DNA of 48,644 nt, the filler included, from Catajapyx aquilonaris (lineage: Eukaryota): assembly GCA_000934665.2 (NCBI GenBank). It is 2 parts of 2 records of this genome, joined end to end, with 100 filler letters (N's around TTAATTAATTAA, not from the genome) between each part and the next. Parts side by side here need not be neighbours in the genome. Positions count along the whole stretch, not along the records: positions 24,344 to 48,644 come from JYFJ02005553.1; 1 more part is not named here. One strand, written 5' to 3'. The notes beneath the pieces are model-generated. The model ran no database searches. It was not told the DNA's origin and worked only from the letters and a program-made list of their open reading frames with translations. Made by a program: the position numbers and the translations under genes. Positions 35,315 to 48,105 of the stretch are shown one piece after another (within the stretch, counting starts at the first letter, position 1; each line of letters starts with the position of its first letter).

Positions 35315-36209
35315 AATAATTATTTATAGACTAGTCATATTATTGTAAGATACTCTTTAAAATGAAGTACATACCTTCTTCTGAAGCTTCCATATTGGAA
35401 CAGTTCACAATTATTTTGTATAACTGAAAACAACACAAATGAATGTGTCGCGCCGTAAATTGGGCTTAACATTAGCTAAATATTACTCGAACTGTCATCA
35501 ACTTTCAACTGCTGGTACGGACGAAGGGTTACACCTATGAGAAGTACAACTGCATGTCATAATAGCCTGGTCATTCATCTGTTCCAGGAAACGAATTTTT
35601 TTGGAATCAGTAACATTTAAAAAAAAATCAAATTTTGTCCAGCTTTTGAAGCCAAATACTACACTGTGCGTCGGTGGGCTGTGTCCAAAATACTTTGATA
35701 TCAAGACTGCTCACGAGTCCGCTCTAGAGACGACTCAAGATATTCTTGGTGGATTAACAGGCATTCGCGTGGTCCGTGTAATAACTGGTTCACAACCTCA
35801 ATACATTATTAGAAATCGCAATGGCCTTATAATTCATCCCACATATACGGGGTGCTCAAAAACTCGCGGAAAGTGGCCACGTAGTCTGATAGGACTCGCA
35901 AAACTAATATAGGGATGTGGAAGTAGTTTTGGGCTAACTTGCACAGTTTTTGCGTACGACGCCTTTAAGATTTGGGGGGTTTCATGACGTCACATCCGCC
36001 TTGAGGCCCCATTCCGTCATCATACATGTTGTTGTGGCTGTTGCCATTGGCACAGGTTATTGTTGCGAATATTGTCAACTGCGATTGTTGAGAAATAAAC
36101 AACGAGTTCAGTCTGGTTATTGAGGTGTCGACTTTTCCTGTGTTCCAAAGTTTCTCACATATTAGTCTTCTGAAGAAGTACACCTTCATCTCAGCTGCTC
36201 ATCCTAGAC

Positions 36210-37042
36210 ATGGCATACAGTGCAAGAGACTACTGTGATATGTATCTGCTGCTGCGTGAGTGCGGAAACGCACACGCTGCGGCAGAAGAGTACGCACGGC
36301 GCTACCCTGAGCGAAAACTTCCAACTGGCAACGTCATCCGAAGATTAGATACACGAATGAGGGAAGGAGGACCAGTCATTCCTCAACAGCTGGTGGACAC
36401 AGGTCGTCCGCGAAGTGTATTGACACCAGCAGTAGAAGAAGATATCCTGAAGATGGTGGAAGTGGACCCAACTACGAGTACGCGTGAAATCGGCCGACGT
36501 CTTCAACTGCATCGCAGCTCTGTCTGGAACGTCATGCACAAGGAGGGTCTGTACCCTTATCATTACATGCGAGTGCAGAATTTACAGCCAGGGGATTACC
36601 CTCGCCTCCGGAAGTACTGCGAGTGGCTGCTGCAGCAGGACGAGGCAGATGACAACTTCGTTAGAAGTATACTCTGGACCGACGAAAAGTGGTTCACACG
36701 TGGTGGAATTTTCAACCATCACAATAGCCACTACTGGGCTGCTGCAAACCCCCATGTCGTCCACGAGGGAAGCTTCCAGGTCAGTGCCCACCAGGCAGGG
36801 TCCCCTTAAATAAGTCACCGTTCCAACTCCTTTGCTGTCCCTGCTGCGTCTACTGTATCTGATAACTGTTCCAGGTGAGGTGGCAAATCAATGTGTGGGC
36901 TGGGATCGTGGGTGACGTCCTTATCGGACCCTACCTCCTCCCAACAAGGTTGTCTGCTGACACTTACTTGTCATTTCTGCGGAGTGTGCTGCCAGAGTTG
37001 CTTGAAGATGTGCCGTTACAAGTACGACAAAGGATGTGGTTC
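36210..37042 (+). pseudogene. Tc1/mariner transposase (DUF4817-like HTH N-terminus), spliced and 3' truncated
   Basis: MAYSARDYCDM...YPERKLP, GRPR, LYPYH, WTDE. A 95-bp intron (36780-36874) joins SFQ|VRWQINVWAGI. Homology is lost where FQHDGA is expected. Probable left TIR TA|CGGGGTG at 35848. Confidence 0.85.
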
Positions 37043-37329
37043 CGTACTATGGCACATGTGTGCGACAGTGCACCGGAGTGAAGTTAAGAGAAAAACTGGA
37101 AAATAAAGGTTCATGCGATATACCCCGTAAGGGGTGAAAGCATTACCCACAATTACCCACAATACTGGTCGTTCTGCAATTCAAAGAAAGTCAACCTACC
37201 AAACATATTGTGTTCATTGGGCTCTTACCTAATAAGTTGCGTTGAGGTGATCAGAAAGGTAAAGGTTGAGTAGGCACATGCAAGTTACCAGAAGATTAAG
37301 ACGTTAAAACACCTAACCCAAAGATGGGT

Positions 37330-38960
37330 TAATTATTACTATTATCCCTAGGTTTAGCACTGACGGAAAATGGGGGTGACCACTCAAGCCAACACATGGG
37401 TTGTCGCTGAGATATTTGGGGTGCGGCAGTTTGGTCCAACAGTGTCACTCAAATGTATGGTATACAATGGTATACACATAGCCTATCCATTCGGCCATGC
37501 ATGAGCCGGAATCCACACAACGCAACTGTAGGGTGGCGATATTAAATGTGATGACGCAATCCAGAAGGAGTAAAGCAAAAAATTCCAGGAATGCGCTATT
37601 TCAGCCACGAGTTTGCTAATATGGGAAGGGTTTCCCACAGATGTAGCAGGGGTCTGACCGTGACGCGTCAAAGTTTGATAACAGACCCATTATGTAGATA
37701 CTCAGCCTCCAATAGAAGAATAGAGTATGCTGAAACTCTATCAGAACCCATTGTAAGAAGGGGGTGGAATAGCGAGGAGCATCTTCACCCGTAAGACAAT
37801 GGAGAATAACCAGCAGATTAGACTTCAAAACCTTATGATAGCTGACCAGTACGGTCGACTATAAAAGGATAGATGGAAGTTATACAGAAGAGAGAGGAGA
37901 GAAGCCGAGAAGAAGAGCAGAAGTCCAAGATCGAAGTCAGGAGAACAGAGAAGTCTGGAGATGTAGAGGCATTCCTCTTCCCTCCATCGGGGATGAGGAG
38001 TGGTCCACCATCGTCAGACAGCCACCAGGATCCGTCTAGGACCCGAATCTGAAAGAAGAGACCTGATGACCGAGCTGGAGATGTCTGAAGCCATTGAAGT
38101 GCGAGAAGGCCATTGAAGGAAGGGAGCCAACAACACAACGGCACAACGACGTCAACCACTGTACGACGAGAACGACACCCGACCTGGGAGAAGCTGTAGC
38201 CTGAAGGAGGATCTACCCCGGGGCAACAAGCCAGGAATGTGGGAGACACCAAGGGCCAGCAACAAACACTGAGGGAAGTTAGAGCCGAAGACAGCGGAAG
38301 AAGAAGCCAACCCTGAGACCAAGATAGGACTGCAGGAAGGACCACCCAAACCGGAAGAGGCTGGAGACGCTGGAAAGCGTCGAATTCAGCATTCCAATAC
38401 CGTAAACGGACGGGTGAGAGCCAGACTGTATTGTCAAGGGCAGGGCTACCTCAATGTGCCATTGTTAGGAATTGGGATGTACTATTGGCGTTACTCAAGT
38501 TACATTATAGTGTTTTTGGGTTAATTAAGCAACAAAAGGATTATCTTGTTTGTGCTTATTGTTAGTTATATGAAAGCGTTATATTTTTCTTTCATTTTAT
38601 TTATTTTCTTTCTTATTGTAAATAAAGCTATTGATTGCACAATTAACTGTCCAGTAATATTATTATTGTGGTTAGTCTCATCTGGTCTCATATCTGCCTC
38701 CACCACTTTCATGTGAAGCAATGGCAGGCAGACTTATCTATGATTTTTTCCACTTGGAACGATTTTGCGGTTAAGTGTGGATGCAGGTGAGTTTTGGGAC
38801 ACCTTGTGGCCTGTGTCCACCTTAACTTTACACAACCATCTTAATTATTTAATTATTTTCTGAGCCCTTGCGTGGGTCATAAGGTCAAATTATATTGAGC
38901 CTCGATGGTACCTATTTTTATACTGTATATGGACAGAAATGTTCATGGAGCAAATTGTCA
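37330..38960 (+). other. possible solo LTR
   Basis: TATAAAAGG at ~37860, GA-rich tract, AATAAA at ~38621, T-rich end. No TG...CA ends or TSD could be fixed. Confidence 0.3.
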
Positions 38961-39000
38961 CTGCAGGACGATTCTTTTGCCGTCCGTTACTGAAGCGACG

Positions 39001-40479
39001 CACAGTGGCCAATATCAGGAAAAACACGCAAGAAAATGATAGCTCCTAAACTAAACCGTTGAAGTACGTAGAATACATGTCTCCCCATGTTTTCAAGGTC
39101 GCTGATTTCGATTTTTAGGTTATTTTGAAGCTATACCTACAGGGTGTACCAAAAACACACTATGAAATTGACGAACGTGTATAATAAGCATTACAAGTAG
39201 GTGAAAATAACATTTCCCGATGTTTTCGCGGTCCTAATTTTGATTTTTTAGGTTATTTTGTACCAGGACATACAGGGTGTACCATAAAAGACCATCGCAT
39301 TCAAGAACTTGTGGAATCTACATAAAAGTACGGACATGTGAAAATAGTATTTTACCCTTGATTTTACCGTATGTTGGTGGACAATGATTTTGATTTTTAG
39401 GCTATACTGAACCCAGACCAATAGCCTGTATCAAAAACACCGTCAAAGAGATATCGTGGAATAAATAGTACAGTAAAACACGATAGAATATGAAGTGGCC
39501 CCTGAAAGTGAATATCGTAGAATATTTCCTTCAGCTGCGGCTCGCCGCAGCTGATTCTTACTTGGATAGTTTCCCTATTATCCTCAGGTCAAATTAAATC
39601 CAATTTCATCACTGACTCGTACTGACTCCGTTTGGTATGCCTAATTGAACTTCAAAATTTGTGAAAATTTGCAGAATGTTACCAGTTGAAATTTCTCGGA
39701 TGTCCAAGAAACAAGTACCCATTATTGATATTCTGTTAACAGTCCCAAATCCATGCTATACGAGACCAAGTATCTATTTTCCTAAACATTTAATTTTTAA
39801 CATTATGCAATTATGTCAACAGCAGGCGCGTTTCGATGAATCAGAAGAATGCTGAATGTTTGAACCGCGTATTTTGTATATTATTTTATGTTACTTTTGG
39901 AGTGTTTATGGTGTTTATGATACAATTTGTTGGCCTGGGTTGGTTATAACACGATAGAATTTAATAATAGGCCTATATTATAGGCCTATTATTAAATTCT
40001 ATCATGTTATACTGTACTATTTATTCCACAACATCTCAAATTTTACGGGTATTTTTGATACAGGCTCTTGGTCTGGGTTCAGTGTAGCCTAAAAATCAAC
40101 GTCACTGTCCACCAACATTACGGTAAAATACTATTTTCACATGTCCGTACTTATAATGTAGATTCCACAAGTTCCTGAATTTGATGGTCTTTTTATGGTA
40201 CACCCTGTATGTCCTGGTTCAAAATAACCTAAAAAATCAAAATTAGGACCACGAAAACATCGGGAAATGTTATTTTCACCTACTTGTAATGCTTATTATA
40301 CACGTTCGTCAATTTCATAGTGTGTTTTTGGTACACCCTGTAGGTATAGCTTCAAAATAACCTAAAAATCGAAATCAGCGACCTTGAAAACATGGGGAGA
40401 CATGTATTCTACGTACTTCAACGGTTTAGTTTAGGAGCTATCATTTTCTTGCGTGTTTTTTCTGATATTGGCCACTGTG
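39001..40479. mobile_element. non-autonomous Transib with ~490-bp TIRs
   Basis: CACAGTGG...CCACTGTG ends, 5-bp TSD CGACG (38996-39000, 40480-40484), no transposase ORF. Confidence 0.9.
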
Positions 40480-40522
40480 CGACGCAAGAAAACCTCAAGT
40501 CTAGTGATTAAAGTATCACATA

Positions 40523-40732
40523 CAGGGTGTCTAAACTTTTTTGTCCGAACAATTATCGGAAATATTGCACTACGCTGCTTATGTTTTAGCAGTGACTTGC
40601 AATCAGTGATGCTTCCCTGGCTTTATCAGTTGAGGGATGTGCCAGGAATGTTGAGGCATATTCTGGCTACATAGCTATAAGATACATAGGTCTTTCCGAT
40701 AACTGTTCGGACAAAAAAGTTGACACACCCTG
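40523..40732. mobile_element. Tc1/mariner MITE
   Basis: TA|CAGGGTGT...ACACCCTG|TA with ~40-bp TIRs. Confidence 0.85.
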
Positions 40733-40966
40733 TATAAACCATACCATGAACAACACTGAACAAAAAAGCATTACAATGACTTCCAAATACACAGCTTTAA
40801 GTTTTGCCAAAGTAAAAAAAAATACAAAACCGTACCAATTGAATACAGTGTTGCTCTCCATATCACCCTTTTTCACTTTGCATATCGCCATATTCCAGAA
40901 AATACCGGTGTATCGTTCTCAACCCATTCTCTTTTTTGCGTGCCGAATGTGCAGCAATGTAGGAAA

Positions 40967-41618
40967 ATTATCACAAAAAACAATCCGGCTATGGAATTGT
41001 AAAAAAATGGAAGTAAGATCAAAGTGACGGATAGAAATTACTGAAACAAGACTGGGCTGCGTAAGATCTTCACCACATGGGTAAATGTAACCCAGAGATC
41101 TTACTTCCGCATTTAACGTTTTACAAGATGGTGTTGATCAAGTCATCTTTGTGCTGGGTGTTAGTATTAGTGATTGTAGGGCTAAGAATAGTGTTCTCAA
41201 AGGTTTAGGCTGGTTTTTTGAATGATGATTGATTAAATACTTATGACTTGCTAACAGTAAGTGATTACTTGTCTGGTTGGTTGGAGATTGGTTGTTCGGA
41301 GGGTTGATTTTTTCTTTGTTGTTCCATTGATTCAATGAGGTGCTGGTTGGTTGATTGATTTATTGGTTAATCGGTTAGTTGGGGGGGGGGGCGGCTAGGA
41401 TGTTAATTGGTTAACAGAATGGTTTATTAGCTGGATCTTTTAGACAATTAACCTGACATCTTGTAAAACGTTAAATGCGGAAGGAAGATCTCTGGGTTAC
41501 AATTACCCATATGGTGAAGATCTTACGCAGCCCAGTCTTGTTTCAGTAATTTCTATCCGTCACTTATATCTTACTTCCTTTTTTTACAATTCCATACGGA
41601 TTGTTTTTTGTGATAATT
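40967..41618. repeat. ~165-bp inverted repeat pair around a (TTGG/TTGA)-rich spacer
   Basis: 40967-41130 is the reverse complement of ~41457-41618; termini and TSD unresolved. Confidence 0.75.
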
Positions 41619-41804
41619 GCAGTTATTTTTTGACAAAGCAATATGAACACGCAGTTATACTCATTAATGTATTATGTTTAGAAGAGATGCAAATTGCATT
41701 CGTTGTGTATGATTAAAAATTTTTTGTAATGTTTTGAAAATGAAAATAAATAATTTCCTTGCGTATCACATATTTTATATGGAAACTAAGAAGGATGGGT
41801 TGTA

Positions 41805-44592
41805 TCAGCCATCAGAGAGGTAGGAGAAATGTGCAGACTGCGTCCGCGTCCCTACCCTAATCATTCTCCTCGGATCGGAAGTAGTGGTCATCTGCTGGTC
41901 GTTAAAGTGTAGCCAACTACCTTCACCCTTCACTAAAGCAGTGTAGTGGTTGTAATTCATTGAGACTCCATGGTGTAATAGGATTGTACTGCTTTTGAAT
42001 TGCTTGAATCCAATAATTGATATATGGTAACTAGGTCGAAATCTGTTATGCTGGCGTCCGACCTTTCCCCTCCACTTTCATCGTGACGTTCAAGGTGCAG
42101 GATGAGACAACCGTGTACGTTACTTAAAATGCAGGTCTTGGCAGCAACCCCAGTGCGCTTACAAGACGGGCATGGTACTCCTTCGTCCCTCTGCTGCAAC
42201 AGGACGGAGAGAGACACACACTCTCTCGGCACGATCAGAGAGAGATACCGCCGAGTTTCCTCTGGCCCTTCCCATCTGGCGTGGCAGAAGGAACACTCAT
42301 ATTCATCGTGGCATCGGTGAGTGCCCCAGTCTCTTAGGTGTACAGGCAAATCTTCGAACAGGAATTCGATGAACTCTAAAGAGTCTTGCTGTTCCTCCCC
42401 GTCGAATCCTCTACCCAGAGCTCTTCTGACCCCGAATGACGAGGAAACGACGACGTCATTAGTGGCCGGTGCCGTTGTGTTGGATACTCTCCTCTTCGCA
42501 CGGGGACGCTGAGAAGGTCGGTGTTGTGCGAGAGCTGTTTTTAGGGCCCTTAAAACGCTGTTGCTTCCCTTCGAGGCCGAGATTCTAGTCCTGAGGTCTG
42601 GCTGCACGAAGAGACATACCAAGGCAGCGTTGGCATAGCAAGAAACATTTGGACCTGGATTGTCGAACCCCCTAAGTGATATTTCTGATGCGGAGGAGAC
42701 TGCATGTGGCCGCTTCGTTGTTTTCTTGGGTAAGAGCAATGGAGGCATTGATCGGGTCTCCCGGAGTCTATTGTATTCCCTCACGCAGCTCACGTCGGCC
42801 TTGATGCAGCGTTCATCTAGGCGAAGGATGTGTAGTCTGTCCAGCGCCTGGACTCTCGAGAGCGCGACGTACAGTACGTCATTCCTCTTGCGAACCCGGA
42901 CTTGCTGAGGTCCACCAAAGCGGAATCCAGAGTGAGCCGCTGAGATTTGTGGATGGTGATGGCGTATGCTAGTATCAGTGGAAACCGGACGTGGAAACTG
43001 TTTCCTCTCAGCGTTGGAGCCGAGCTCGAACTTGACAACACACCTGCAGATCGACTTTTCGTCGTTTGGGATGTTGTGAAAGTTGATCTTGACTGACGAG
43101 ATGCGGTGGTTATTCTCCATCCTCCAGCCAGACACGGTGCCCATTGCGCCGTTCACCAGTCCTTCCTGCACGTCGATGTTGCGTCGCAGCATGACGCGGC
43201 ATCCAACTCCCAGGATGAGGACAGTCTCGAGGCCGGCCGTACGCGAGGCGTCCTCTCGCAGACTCTCTAGATGCTTGCTTCCCCTCTTCCAGCCAGCCTT
43301 GTTGCCTGTGAGCTTGTCCTCTGCCTCCAGAAGGACAGTTGTATCCAGGCACGACGCACGAAGCATACGGTGGATGAACTCGTGGCACATGTCGTTGGTT
43401 GGGAGGAGGCACACGGGATTCAATCCTTCTGCCTTGCACCTGCTGTAGATGCTGACGCATGCTTCGTTGTTGCCTTGGATGCCAGCGTGGTGCGGACCCT
43501 GCTTGCCAAGAGATGGAGGGTTGACTCGGAGACTAGGCCCACTCGCACCTCGGCCAGAAGATGCTGGTAGGTGGTGTCCTTTGATTGCCTCATGTTTATG
43601 AGGTGTTCGTCGTAGTCAAAAAGATCTTTCCACAAGTCTAGCGCACGGAGGCTTCTAAATCCGCACCTGCACCGTGAGCATGCTAGAGAGTTGCCGATCC
43701 GGTCTGGAAGTTTGGCCACGTCGCAACCGCTGGCGAATGGAGGGCATCCACCTGGATTCCTCTGTTCTGAAGATGTCATGGAGCTGCTGGAATCGCTTAA
43801 CATATGCGTCTGAGATATGGCAAGTGATGTTGCATCTCCACTTTGCCGAAGGGTCTACCGGGGGAGTCAAGCGTTGGTTGGACTCACCTGTAGAGGGATC
43901 GTCGTAGTGGATGCGTCCACACTCGTCCAGGGCTGGATCACACTCCTCAGTCAGAGGCACTGCAGAGGTCTCCCAAAAGTATGGCTCCGTGTGCTTGGTG
44001 TGAAGACGCTCACCCAATAGTGCAGTAGGGTCTGCTCCTTCTTCCTGGTCCCGCTCTGTGGTTAATTTTTTCTGGATGGTCAGCAGGGAACGCTTTCTTA
44101 GGGAAAATAGCAACCTTTTTTTGTTCAGCGCCTTTAGTACAAGATGCTCGGCCATCTTGTGGGATGCAGACGAGTAGGAATGTCCCTTGCCTATCTTCTG
44201 ATGTCTCTTCTGAAGAGCCTTGTTCAATCTGGCGATCATCCCCTTTTTCTGGTTCTTCGATGCCAGCTGCTGCCGCCTGTCGCGGAGAGAATTGGTCAGG
44301 CGATACTGGATGGCCTTCTTCAAATTTTGGCACTGTTCCTCCTGTAGTGTTTAGCCTTCCTCTTTTTGATCGCCTCTCTATTAACTTTCTCATAAATGGC
44401 CTTCTTCATCCGCAAGGCCTCTCGGTTAACTGCATTATAGACGGCCTGCTTCTTTTGAATAATCTCCTGATTCTTGTTATTGCACCGAGTTTTTCGGCTC
44501 ACCCTAATCTTTTCTTTCTTGTAAATTTGGGAATTTTCTTCAACATACCTCGCCTTGCGGGCTTTGCTGAGTCTCTCTGATTTTTTTGTCAT
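41805..44592 (-). pseudogene. decayed Helitron/Helentron-like ORF: basic N-terminus, PIF1 helicase C-terminal half, USP (peptidase C19) domain
   Basis: PIF1 motifs: INMRQ, CLLPTN, GCRVMLRRNIDVQEGLVNGAMGTV, QFPLILAYAITIHKSQRLTL, YVALSRV. USP motifs: GFDNPGPNVSCYANA, QQDSLEF, CxxC pairs, LILHLER, HHG..NHYT..WLHFND. Several frameshifts. Confidence 0.8.
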
Positions 44593-46574
44593 AACTAGGA
44601 CTTACCGGACATGAATATGAGATGTCAGATGATAGGAAGAAGTCACACGTTCCAATTCGCTAACTCAATTCGTAATGTCTGTTGAGGTTAATTTTTTTAA
44701 ATGTCGATAATCGCAACGTATCTATGCTTCGGTCTCTATAGGCCATTTCACAAAAAAAAGTCGCGCGGCAAACGGCGCGCGTTGCGGCATATTTCTTATT
44801 TATATTTATTATTGCCAATAATTAATAACAATTGGCGGGGCACGCGTTTGCCGCTTGTCGCTGCCGCAAAATCTTTTTGTGTTTTGGCCTTATAGCAATC
44901 AGTTGTGTCAGTTCTAATAGAAACGAAATGGTATTTGTTGATATGAGTTGCGTGGCAATTAGAAAAGTAAAATAAATATAAAATAAAACTGCTAAATAAT
45001 TAAATTGAATTTGGTTTTTTTGCACAATTATAAAACGTAAATGTACATAAATTGTAGAGTAGACAATTGAACAGAACATATTATTAGATATACTGAAAAA
45101 TACTCGAGCGTTTATTCCCCAAACACGCATTGCTACTCATTAGTAAGAAATGTAGATTTAATTTTTTAATTGCCTGTGAGATGAAATAGGCTAATTTGCA
45201 TAGAGGTTAGGGGGCTAAGTTGGTGCAGTACGGAGGTATGTTCAAAACTTGAAGTCTCTGTGTGCAAGGATAGGGCCTGTAGAGCTCGGCAAAAAATCGT
45301 CCCAACAAGGCGAAAAAATTAATTGTTGGAAAACGACCTGACGATCTTACTAATAGGGACTACCGTCCCTACAATAAGTCTCAGGTGGCATTGGTATAGT
45401 CTCCACATTGGACTGTTTTTATAGCTTACCTAATTTTTTTTACCCAATTTGGGTAGCGAAGCAGTGACCCACCTGATGAGGTTGGCATAACAGCCAATAT
45501 TTTAACCAAATGTCACAGACCCAACTTTTTGGGTCCTCTTTCCACCTAACAAAATAATATTTATTAAGTTTATGTCAGGTTTTTGTGTGGAGTTTTCCGG
45601 AGGATTCCAAATTTTATTCATTTACCCATAAGAATTCATTGACATGGTAATCGCGTATATAACTTCTTGAGATAAAACTTCATACTCCTGATACACAAAA
45701 GAATAATTTGATGCCAAAGAGAATAAAATAAGTTCTACTACTGGGACATGATTTCTTCCTCAATTTTATCTGGCTTCCCTTTCGTTGTTCGCCCAAGTTT
45801 AGCACTTTTTGGCAGTCTCCTCCATCAGAGAGCTGGTCCAGTGAGTAGAGAGTCTTGTCTCCGAAAATGGTCCTGTCCTTAACAGGATTTGGCCATTGAA
45901 CCGTTATCGACACCATGAAAAATTGGGGCCTACAGGTAGGAAGTGATTCTTCATTTTTTTTCTGGATATGAAGAAGACAACGGTCGGAGAAGCTAGGGCG
46001 GACATGGAGCTGAACGACGACGTATGAAGAATATGCCTGTAACACACTGTCATTTTACCACTCATGCAGAACTTCTTCATGTAATAGGTCTGCTTTGAAT
46101 CCTTTCATTTGAAACCAGCAATCATTGTGTGGGGCTGGTGGATTCTATCAGAAATGGACCAAGGCAGAAAAAGAAATCTTCTGCACTATATTCGCTCCAT
46201 CGATCTCTTTGTATTCATATTTTATGAAGAAGATAAGTGTCCCCCGCCCTCCCCAACCACCTTTTTTCTTGCCGCCAGCCCCAAGCAGAAAAACAGCCTA
46301 CGCCAACCGCGGCAACTCATTGAGCAATTTCCTTTTCTCCTAAAAACCAATTTTGCCCTGGGAAGATATGGCACTAGAACCGTTTTTATTTACTGCCTCG
46401 GCACGAGCTTGAAGGGGTTCCCTTAATTGGTTCAAGAATGGCTCGATGCCGTCAGTTATTTTTTAAAGTACTAAACTGCTGGTGTATTATTTTAATGGTT
46501 ATTTTTGTTTGTTACAATAGTTGTTGCCAGCCCCCGGATACCTCACCTACAATCTTATCTTATCGCCTGCCTGG

Positions 46575-46845
46575 GCGTTTTGCATAAGGTGCTCACCTGA
46601 GAGCGCCATGAGACAGCTTTTCATTGCGCTATTGAGTGGCGACCCTATCGGACTACGCTGAACTAAGGTAGAAGAGAAGCCGCTACATGCGGGCCCAACA
46701 TGGCCCTCGGCGACCATGTTGGGTCCCCCAATGTAGCGCTTCCCTTTTGTACCTATAAACTTCAGCGTAGTCCGGTAGGGTCGCCACATAATAGCTCCGT
46801 GAAAGGTCTCATGGCGCTCTCAGGTGACCACCTCATGCAAAACCC
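46575..46845. repeat. imperfect inverted repeat (MITE remnant)
   Basis: GTTTTGCATAAGGTGCTCACCTGAGAGCGCCATGAGAC versus GTCTCATGGCGCTCTCAGGTGACCACCTCATGCAAAAC. Confidence 0.6.
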
Positions 46846-47160
46846 AAAGTGGGAGTGTCCAGTGTCCAGACCTTAGTATTCTAAGACCATAGTTGTTGCA
46901 AAAAAGCAAGAACAGCACAATGTCCCAACACTAGTAGTCAGAAATAGGTTACAAGAGCAGTACGCACCGTCAAATGAAAATAAGCAATGGGTGGGCCTTT
47001 CTTTTTTCCAAATAAGGTTGGGGTAGCTCCAATGTGTATAGAGGATTAGTTGAGCTCACTTCGCGCGAGGATTGATCGCCTGCTTGACCGCCGCAAGAGG
47101 TTTCACCAGCCTGACGAGAGTTGGGGCTGTCGTCATGAGACCATCTATTGGCGCGGTTCT

Positions 47161-48105
47161 CGCAGGATGTCTCTTACGCCTGCTGGAAACGGGACGACCC
47201 CCACTAAAAATTACAATTATCCTCCAAGCCTCAAGAAATAGACGCTTTTTTAAAATTAAGCCCGATAGATTACCAAAAAAAGCATTGTCATATTTAATGT
47301 CGGTACGCAGCCCGCTACAGAGGTATAATTGGGTAAAACAACTAGATAATAGTCTGAATGAGTATGGTCAGTCAATAACAAATTTCGTGTCAGAAGACGA
47401 TCAATACTGGACACAAAAATATTTTATACTCGCCCAAACAATGCATGATACCGAGGTACTCAACGACTACAAATGTTTAACAAGGTCCAAATCAAATTAT
47501 GACAAAGCAATTTTCTATGACAATCATCGATACCTCCCAGCTTACTATATGAGTAATATGACAGAACAGAATGCATTTTTAATAGTGAGGATGTTGGTAT
47601 GCCTCAGGACAAATTTCACTTGGATTCCCCTGGGTGGAGCCTTTTCAGTAAAAATAAAATAAACAAAGAGGAAACTTGTGGTCTTTGTAATCAAGATGAA
47701 ATTGATGATTGGTACCACATCCTCTATGAATGTCCTATGTTCGTTGGAGGAAGGCGCGCATTTTTGAAAAATCTTCCTCTGGTTCCCAGAAATATATAGC
47801 GTAGTATCACTACGATTTTTGCGGCTCCATCTCAGACTGACACCAAAGCACAGTTCCTCTTCCTAAAATATGTGGCGAAATGGCATTTAAACCTATAAAC
47901 CCATAGACTGAGTCCTCTTCTTTTCTATTCTTTCCCTTCCCCCCTTCCCCCCCCCTATCAACCCCCAAGTAAAACTGGTCCAGGCCAAAATGTATATATT
48001 TGTAACTCTAGGGAAATAAAAGGTAATGTAAAGGAGGGAGTCCCTCCCTGAGTCTGATGCAGGGAGGTGAAATAAAAATTGATTGATTGATTGATTGACT
48101 GATTG
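47161..48105 (+). mobile_element. 5'-truncated LINE (3' end of ORF2 plus UTR)
   Basis: RLPKKAL...NWVKQL and a CCHC motif CGLC..EIDDWYHILYECP; AATAAA then (TTGA)n tail; 18-bp TSD ATCTATTGGCGC(G/A)GTTCT (47143-47160, 48106-48123). Confidence 0.85.

Noticed and set aside
44765..44854. GCGGCAAACG / CGTTTGCCGC inverted pair as the Helentron terminus
   Set aside because: Only 10 bp and no matching structure found at the other end of the element.
45465..45520. Hammerhead ribozyme (CTGATGA plus stem); also CTGATGA at 17523
   Set aside because: No GAAA core after the putative stem II and no stem III.
45680..46200. Possible decayed transposase C-terminus on the minus strand
   Set aside because: Multiple stops and no diagnostic motif I can support.
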